Below are positions 9,127-16,289 of a DNA stretch of 16,289 nt, piece after piece. The position numbers were made by a program, and so were the translations under genes. The first letter of the stretch is position 1. The number at the start of each line of letters is the position of its first letter. The notes beneath the pieces were generated by a model, which saw only the letters and a list, made by a program, of their open reading frames with translations, was not told where the DNA came from and did no database searches. This DNA is from Ginkgo biloba (lineage: Eukaryota; Plantae; Ginkgophyta): NCBI GenBank assembly GCA_024626585.2, contig JANKJI020000002.1:29797317-29813605 (forward strand), written 5' to 3'.

Positions 9127-11316
9127 TTAATCCAACATGACCTTATTTAGTCCTCGGTAATCCACACACATCGTAAAAGACTCATCATTTTTCCTTGACA
9201 ATACAATAGGGATTGCAAAAGGCCCCTTGCTTGGAATAATATGCCCTCCATCTAACAACTCCTTAATGGTTTTCTCTATTTCTGCCTCGTAATGATGAGG
9301 TTGTCGGTAAGCTGGTATTATAATAGGGAAGGTGTTGGGCATTAGTTCAATGATGTGTTCCATTCTCCTATTGGGTGGAAGTCCCTTAGGCAATTCTGAA
9401 AACATATCATCGAAGGCTTCTATGATCGTGGTAATCCCAAGAAAAGGAGAGAGGGTGTCCTTGCTCTTGTGAATTTTTGATGGTTGAATTTCATAGATTT
9501 GAGCAATGAAGTCGGGCTCCCCTTTTCTCAAATGTCTCCTCATCCAATGGATGGAGACTACTTGTGGTTTAGGAATTTTGATACCTTGAATTTTGACTTC
9601 CTTCCCGTTCTCCCCAAACTTGAAGTATAGCTCATCCATATTGTTAATGAGTCTGGATCCATTGTGCTCCTAGCATTATATTAGCTGCACTAACAACCAC
9701 AACATAAAAATCAGGGGTAAGAGTGCATGACCTGATTGGGAGTCGTGACCCTCTACACCTACCTTCACAATTCATGAATGTACCATCTGCATCTTTCACC
9801 TTAAATTGAGTAGTTTTGTCAATGGATAGATTCAAGCCTCTTTGCAACCAAAGATTTGATGAAGTTGTGAGTGCTTCTGGTGTCAAAAGCCCCATCAATC
9901 TGGTTTACTTAATGTGGGTTGCCACCCTAATCATTTCTAGAGGAAATATACCTATCATGGTTGACATTAATCTCTTCTTCTATAGTTTGATAAGATTCCT
10001 CTTCTTCAGAGATTCCATAGTCGTCGCTCCTTCACTTTCCTCTACTCCTCTTCTTCTTCCATCATTGTAAGAGTGTGCACTTGTCTTTGGGAGGTACATT
10101 TGTGGCCTAGTTGCCCCTTTTCTTTGTAGTCTTAACATAATCCCTTCTTTTTCAGCTTTGGTGACTATGATTTGGATATGTTTTGATATTTCCTTCAGTT
10201 GGTTGGAAAACACCTCTGTTGATTTGAGGCTCAGGAAGAAGTTGTTAAGAGGAGCTTGCAGCTTTGCCAAAATTCACTCCCCCAACCTAGGTTGCTTAAG
10301 GATAGTTGTTGGGTGCTTCCTCATTTGTTGTAATACGTTTTCTTCATAGCCTAGAGCCTTGTTTATAGCTTTTTGGAGGCTAATTGGAGCATGAGCTTTG
10401 ATGCTACCTCTTATGGATTCCTTCAAGCCGTCTAGGATCATGGAGACTTGTCAAGATCTACTCAAGCCAACCCCTTGATCAACTATATAATCATTTATCA
10501 AACCCATTTGCTTTAGATTTTGGACTTCCACAAAGTAGTTGTTTGCATTCTTTGTGTCAAACATAGTGAAGAATTTCGAGGAGAATCTTGAGCCTTTCGC
10601 CTTCTTGGATATCCATGTCCACTTGATGCCACCAATCATACGCTATCTCCTTAAGACGTAAGATTGCATTTTGAATTCTTTCATCATCATCCATGGGATG
10701 GATGCGGAAGTACCGAGTAAGCTTATGAATCCACACAAATGCTTGCATTCCATTGCTTCTCCCATTAAATTTAGGTACCTCATATTCAGACCTTGGTGGT
10801 TGTCGCTCCCTAAGCCTTTGTGTATTCCTTGGTCCTCTAAGCTCACAAGATTTTTGGAAGGGTAAGGTTGCCCTGCAAGGAGCCTCAAGGGATTGGCATT
10901 CCCTCCATAAGAGTTGCATAGGGCTGTCCCCATTCTTGTTCGATGTGTTCTGCTGATTCTTCCCTAGATGGGGATCTATGTTGAAGTCCCTAGAACATCT
11001 TCTTTCTCTCCTAATTCTTCTAGGGGAAGTGTCTCCACCAATGTTGTAATCGACAAAAGGTTTATCAAACTCATCGATTCTCGATTTTTATCTACTTGTG
11101 TTGCTTGATTTTCCAATAGTAATGGCATTCCTTGGGAGAGTTCCTCCAAGGCATGTCCCACCACTTGTATCACTTGGCCAGAGGGCCTAAGATTCTCCTT
11201 GAGCATACCCTGAAAGACTAACTCCTATTTAGAACTGATTTGGTTGTCTCTGGACTTATTGGCTAAGTTGCTCCTTCAAAAGAAACCCGTCCCACTAGCC
11301 CACAGCAAAAACTTGG
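9127..11316 (-). mobile_element. Ty3/gypsy chromovirus-type (Reina-like) gag-protease-RT N-terminus, pseudogenised
   Basis: Gag EVPKFNG...WIHKLTRYF...AILRLKEIAYDWW; decayed knuckle GLC*DYKEKGQLGHKC (about 10095-10143); protease site DTRSTHNFI (9884-9858, G mutated to R); RT start LPPNRRMEHIIEL...AYRQPH...EIEKTIKELL...PSKGPFAIPIVL...MCVDYRGLNKV. Truncated before the YxDD motif; multiple frameshifts. Confidence 0.93.
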
Positions 11317-11328
11317 GCTCTTATACCA
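11317..11328 (-). promoter_or_regulatory. Primer-binding site (initiator tRNA-Met) of the gypsy element
   Basis: TGGTATAAGAGC matches TGGTATCAGAGC at 11 of 12 positions and lies 1 nt after the LTR end ...TGTAACA. Confidence 0.85.
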
Positions 11329-11329
11329 T

Positions 11330-12193
11330 TGTTACAACCCTAACCTCCTTTAAGATACGAGAATATTCCCATAACTTAGTAGAATGGACAAAAAAGATAC
11401 ATTAAGATAGGTACTTTTCTGACCAAAATAATCCAAATACATAACCTAATACCATGACAACAAAGAATGAGACTTCCACAGTCCTTATTACCAAAATAGT
11501 CATCCCATATACTTTACACCTCCTAAATAAGCATCAGGAAATGACGAAGAATGAGAGAAAATAGGAAGGAGATAGGGGAGAAACAAGGAAGGGAAGGCAC
11601 ATATCCCAAGAGATTTATGGAGGGAATCGCGCTCGAAATACCCACAAAGAGAGCAACTCCAAAAGACTTAGTCTTCCTTAAAATTTAGAAATGTACCATA
11701 TCCCCTTTGAAGAGTGGAAGGAAGAATTTATAAAAAGAGACTAACTATTAACAATATCTCTGATAGGGAATGATTTCCCTTCGATAGCCAATCAACAAGA
11801 GGCAAGATCCCACAATCTTGGCTCTAGTTGCCTATCCACCTCAGTTAACTACTTCAACTTCTCTATTTGAATTTGAATTCCAGTCCTTCTAGTAGTTACT
11901 CCTCTGTCATATTTGAAATGAGGTAGCCTAATTGGCGATTGCTCTGATTTTCTAGTTGGTGGGCACTCTGATTTTCCAATTATTGGTCGCTTCAGTCTCC
12001 CAAACATCGGTCACTCTAACTTCCTATATGGTAGAGAACTTGCACCAATAAGCCAACTCAATCGCAACACAAAAGAAAACTTCAATCACAAAACCCTCAT
12101 TAATATTGATTGTAATAAGACTCGGCCGTAGCGCAAAATGAGGTGTCGATCGCAACTAGTCTTAGTTGCAACACGAAATAAAGACCCTAATCA
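11330..12193 (-). repeat. 5' LTR of the gypsy element (outer boundary uncertain, may run into the gap)
   Basis: Ends in CA at 11330 next to the PBS. TATAAAT at 11732-11726 is followed by a CT-rich tract, and short CTCTGATTTTC repeats lie in the presumed U3. No second LTR is in the window to confirm the length. Confidence 0.6.
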
Positions 12194-12320
12194 NNNNNNN
12201 NNNNNNNNNNNNNNNNNNNNNNNNNNNNNNNNNNNNNNNNNNNNNNNNNNNNNNNNNNNNNNNNNNNNNNNNNNNNNNNNNNNNNNNNNNNNNTAGAGAG
12301 ATGTTCATAATGGTTCCAAA

Positions 12321-12368
12321 CTTCTAGATGCTTCTGTGTTTGATCTTCTAGATGCATCTCTGTTTGGT
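12321..12368 (+). repeat. Imperfect 24-bp tandem duplication
   Basis: CTTCTAGATGCTTCTGTGTTTGAT versus CTTCTAGATGCATCTCTGTTTGGT. Confidence 0.85.
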
Positions 12369-12983
12369 TTAATATACAGAAAATTATATCTGCAGGACCT
12401 TCTTGTCTGGATGGCAACGCTTCTAAGGAGGCCTTAAGCTTCATTTTGTTCCTACACCTTGCAATTTTTATTTTTTCTTTCCTTTGGAAAAACATATCTT
12501 TGGCTCCATGGTGAAGAGTTTTGCATTATTGTGCTTCTGCTTCTAGAGAAGCAAGGTTAGTTCTATTTCTGCACCTTGCATTTTGTGTTTGTCTCTCCTT
12601 TGCATAGATATATTCCTGGCTTGATAGTTTATTAAAGTGAAACTGTGTTCCATAGTGATGCTTTTATGTTTGCTTCAAAAGATGTCTGAGATTGCTACTC
12701 ATAGATATCAAAAAAGCTTCAGTCACAAATTCTGTTTTTTAACAGATACATGTCTCAGTCATTCAGGTCGCATCCACAAAATAGATACATCATAAGCATT
12801 GATCTTTGATATTTGGGATCTATTTGTTAATGCCGCTGCTGCCAACAATTTGTGTATGGACATGAACTTCAATGTGAAGTCAGTAATAAATCACATATCA
12901 TTTTTCTGGTGTTTTCTATTTGTGTTTAGATCATTAATGTTTTCCATTGTCTTCAAGAGCAACTACCATCATTGTATTCTTAC

Positions 12984-13080
12984 CTTATGTGATGATTTTT
13001 CACATCTGAGACCTACCCATCTTAATGATATCCAACAGATATCTCCTTTAATAAGTATCTTTTCACTTTTTTAGGACCAC
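12984..13080 (-). other. Candidate 97-nt non-coding leader exon
   Basis: Acceptor TTCATTGACAG|G (13082-13081) and donor AAG|GTAAGA (12983-12978). Stops in all frames; contains uORF MGRSQM*. Motif evidence only. Confidence 0.35.
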
Positions 13081-14448
13081 CTGTCAATGAAATTGAACAC
13101 AATGGTTTTACATATATTTCTCTACTTAAGAAAAAAACCCTGCCAAAGTATACTAAACGAATCTGCCCTTCTGCATACTCTAGGAAATAACTGCCAATGA
13201 AATTCAATACATCTCTCTTTTTGCATATGTTAAAACAAAGAGCACAATAGTGACCCCTACAGAAATCTTCATTCCGAAAAGGGTGGAACAAGTCTCGCTC
13301 CTCCCCCAAACTTGGTCCTGTTATTATCATCTCCAGCAGCTTTGTTAGTTGCAAAATATCACATATCTCTCTTCTGTGGGATTCAAACCAAAGAGACCAA
13401 TGAGCAAAACCTTGAACATTGAACTTCTAATTAGAATAGGAATTGATGTGAGAGACTTCTTAATGTCATTCAATATATTTGAGTATTTTAGCTTTGTTTT
13501 CAACCCAAATATCCTCAAAATTCCCTTAAAATTACGTGGGAAGATGTGTACTTTATGAATATATACAAATATGCCATAAATTTCTTTGGATTATTCATTG
13601 AAACTGATAATTTTTGTGAAATGCCTGTAAAATAACTCAAAAAATGACTAAAATTTACCCCAACTTCAAATGCACTTTTTGAGAACTTTCAAAATCCAAA
13701 TCAGNNNNNNNNNNNNNNNNNNNNNNNNNNNNNNNNNNNNNNNNNNNNNNNNNNNNNNNNNNNNNNNNNNNNNNNNNNNNNNNNNNNNNNNNNNNNNNNN
13801 NNNNACTATCTGCATTTGTCTCCTGTTACTTAAGAGTTTGCTTTGATACAAGCAGAGCACATCGTTATTGTGTATTCAACCTGAAATCATCCACATTTAC
13901 TGTTCTATTATGTAAGTTTGTCTTGTCATGAACACAACATAGTAACTCTATGTTTTGCATTTTATGGAGAATCATGAGTGCTTGCCTCTTATGGTTTATA
14001 GTTTGTTGCAATTGGCGGCTTTTTTGTGGAGCTCTGTGTAATATTTACAAGGGATACTCTGGTGTGAAACTAAATTTCACACCTATGCAAACACAAATGG
14101 TAGTTGCAGTAGATGTGTTTTGGTTGAATCCCTTAACAATCGAGGATTTGAGTAGGAAACATAACATTCCTGCACAAGGGAATTTATCCAATGACTAAAA
14201 AATTTAAGTGTAGCAATTATTGCCACGTGTCTGTACTACTTAACCAAAATATTTGCAGCTTCGCAGTAACTTCCGTTAAGAATGGAGTTGCCCAATTCTG
14301 ATGAACCAGCCCTAAATTTACTGAATAGTTAATGTAGGTTAATCGACATCTTTTCTAGTTAACCTTCAGCAAAAGATGATGGAGACTTGGAACAAACAGA
14401 AATTTGAATTTGATTGCAATTTCAAAAACAACAGGAAAACTGTTTTAC

Positions 14449-14655
14449 CTGCAAGTTGTTTTATCAGAATGCAATGAGCTGAAAGAGGCAGGACGTAAAG
14501 AAGCATAAACCTAAGTTACCAGATCCACTCGAGTTTGGGTTTGCGATTGCTACTTGTGACGTGATCATCCCTCGCCAGTTGCGCTACCCTTAGGGGAACT
14601 GATCAAATTTCTCTTTTTTTGGTCATCGGTATCTTTTCTTCATCAGTTTCCTCCT
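14449..14655 (-). other. Putative first (non-coding) exon of the RRM gene; transcription start approximate
   Basis: Donor CAG|GTAAAA at 14448 followed by U-rich intron-like sequence on the minus strand. Locally CpG-rich, with a GA-rich leader starting about 25-30 nt after a TATATAA. Linkage to the RRM exon across gaps is inferred. Confidence 0.5.
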
Positions 14656-14680
14656 CTTCTTTCTTTCCAGTAATCTTTTA

Positions 14681-14687
14681 TTATATA
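14681..14687 (-). promoter_or_regulatory. Candidate TATA box (TATATAA) of the RRM gene
   Basis: Plus-strand ttatata at 14681-14687 reads TATATAA on the minus strand, upstream of the putative first exon. GATAAG (14691-14696) and TGACGTG (14557-14563) motifs are nearby. Confidence 0.4.
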
Positions 14688-14974
14688 CACGATAAGGTAA
14701 GATATACCTTTGGTTATCCATTTGTTGGCTGAAAATCTTTGATAAAATTCTCTTCCAATGTCTGCCAATACTTGGTATTTCTATTTGATTCTTCCACTTA
14801 ATACCAAGTAAATAGAATGAGATCTAAGGTCATTTAAAACCTATGCTTCCATTATTCTCTTGGAATCTCCTATTTTATCCATACCTTCTTACATTTATAA
14901 ATGCGTTCTCAAGGATCCTAAGCTGGTATAAACTTATTAATCTTTTCTACTTCTTAAAATCTATTTCACAATAG

Positions 14975-15187
14975 TGTTGATGCTTATTAGAATGTTTTTA
15001 TTTTATCCTTATGACATTTATACCATCTATCAATAACNNNNNNNNNNNNNNNNNNNNNNNNNNNNNNNNNNNNNNNNNNNNNNNNNNNNNNNNNNNNNNN
15101 NNNNNNNNNNNNNNNNNNNNNNNNNNNNNNNNNNNNNTTTTCTCTTCTTGTATGTTACTACTCTTACCTATATATGATTGAAAAACA
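14975..15187 (+). repeat. Candidate 5' LTR of a Ty1/copia element (contains a 100-N gap)
   Basis: Ends ...AAACA at 15187, 4 nt before the PBS. The start at TGTTG 14975 is a guess from the usual TG...CA termini. Confidence 0.4.
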
Positions 15188-15191
15188 TATA

Positions 15192-15201
15192 TGGTATCAG
15201 A
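15192..15201 (+). promoter_or_regulatory. Primer-binding site (initiator tRNA-Met) of the copia element
   Basis: TGGTATCAGA, a 10-nt match to the tRNAi-Met PBS, upstream of and on the same strand as the copia gag. Confidence 0.65.
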
Positions 15202-16076
15202 ATAAAACTTGGAATAAAGGAAAAATTTAAAGTTTGTTGAATACAGAAGAAAAACATAGAGAAAGAATTATTTCTTGGAGAATATCCATTTAAAAGATTG
15301 CGAGTGAAGAAGATTTCAAACCCTCATAAATAAACTAGAGTCATGGATCTATTTTATCCAAATTCTAGAGCCATAATCTTCTTCTTTACCTCTTAATCTC
15401 CCAGTTGTTAGTAGTTTTTGAGGAATTGCATGCTTTAGCAAAATCAAGATTTTTTTTTGCAAAGTTTGACCCTTCAAATACTTATAAAAATAAGCAACAT
15501 GGTTCCATTTCTAGGACTCTAATGCTAAACATCGCTATATGATGTTGAGTGAAGTGTCGAAGAAATGAGGAGTGATGTCCATCCCTTCACTGCATATGAC
15601 CAATTAAGCTTCTACCACACTTAAAGATCCCTATCTGTATAAGGTAAAATAGTTTGACTTAAATATAACTTAGAAGCAATTCATAATGGTTTTAGGCAAT
15701 TCAAGTCATACTAATTGAATCGAGGATGCAAAATTTATCGTCGAAGACTAGGTTCATTTCTTTGATTTTCTAAAGTTTAATCAAATTTAAACATATTACA
15801 AAGTTTTTGGAGTGTGTCACTCTGGTAGTAAATAGAAAATTGAAGTTGAATGGAAAATTCATAATTCACATTAGTAGACGAAAATTTCCAATTTTTGTGT
15901 TATATGACGGAAATTCCAATTTGTAAGTTAGTTGAAAGAATTTTTCTCTAGGAATTGATTTGCTAGAAAGTTAAAGCCTATTATCCAACTTGAAGTTAAT
16001 CTTTATTGAAATTAAAAGGCTTTTATTTTTCCTTCAAAATCAAGTGTTTTTTGTTGCCTGTGATGATTTGTGAAAG

Positions 16077-16289
16077 ATGTCAGGCATTTAGAATTTGATG
16101 ATGCCGGATGCCCATAGATTAAATGGGAAGAATTACCTAGCATGGAAGCACAAAATGGAAATAATCCTTACACACAAGGAATGTTGGGAGTTGGTGACAT
16201 GAAAAGATGCAAAGCCAAATCCAATGACAAAGAATTATCAAAATAGGAATAAAAAATCCCTTGTCATCATCACATTTTCAGTGATAGAT
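16077..16289 (+). mobile_element. Ty1/copia gag N-terminus, pseudogenised, runs off the window end
   Basis: MSGI*NLMMPDAHRLNGKNYLAWKHKMEIILTHKECWELVT*KDAKP...NKKSLVIITFSVID matches the copia gag pattern L.G.NY..W...M...L.....W..V; two in-frame stops. Confidence 0.9.

Noticed and set aside
11749-11753. TAACA as the outer end of the gypsy LTR, giving TGTTA...TAACA of 424 bp
   Set aside because: It would leave only about 20 nt of U3 upstream of the TATA; the boundary cannot be fixed without a second LTR.
13022-13354. 110-aa Cys-containing ORF (HYCALCFNIC)
   Set aside because: TTG start, no recognisable zinc-finger spacing, and its length is compatible with chance.
14479-14519. GT...AG mini-intron in the putative first exon
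   Set aside because: About 41 nt, below the usual minimum size of plant introns.

Overview
This is AT-rich land-plant nuclear DNA. The long, transposon-filled introns and the retroelement types suggest a gymnosperm, which is an inference. The window has six N gaps. It covers the 5' part of a minus-strand gene for an RRM RNA-binding protein that the ORF track misses. The first coding exon is 5371-5261 (MTVDDENSVYVGGLPYDSTEDSVRRALEVYGTVIAVK, with the RNP2 motif), and the next coding exon appears to lie beyond position 1. The gene seems to have a TATA promoter near 14.68 kb, a multi-exon leader rich in uORFs, and a candidate premature-stop 'poison' cassette exon (5097-4580) in the intron that splits the RRM. 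The leader intron holds decayed Ty3/gypsy sequence from two lineages: a chromovirus-type LTR/PBS/gag/protease/RT start, and a non-chromovirus RNase H/integrase. Between them are a patchwork junction with a duplicated protease segment and an 840-N gap. The downstream intron holds the 3' end of a plus-strand L1-clade LINE. A Ty1/copia element (PBS and gag start) lies just upstream of the promoter in divergent orientation. I found no intact transposon ORF and nothing prokaryotic. The best candidate for an undescribed system is AS-NMD and uORF control of the RRM gene.
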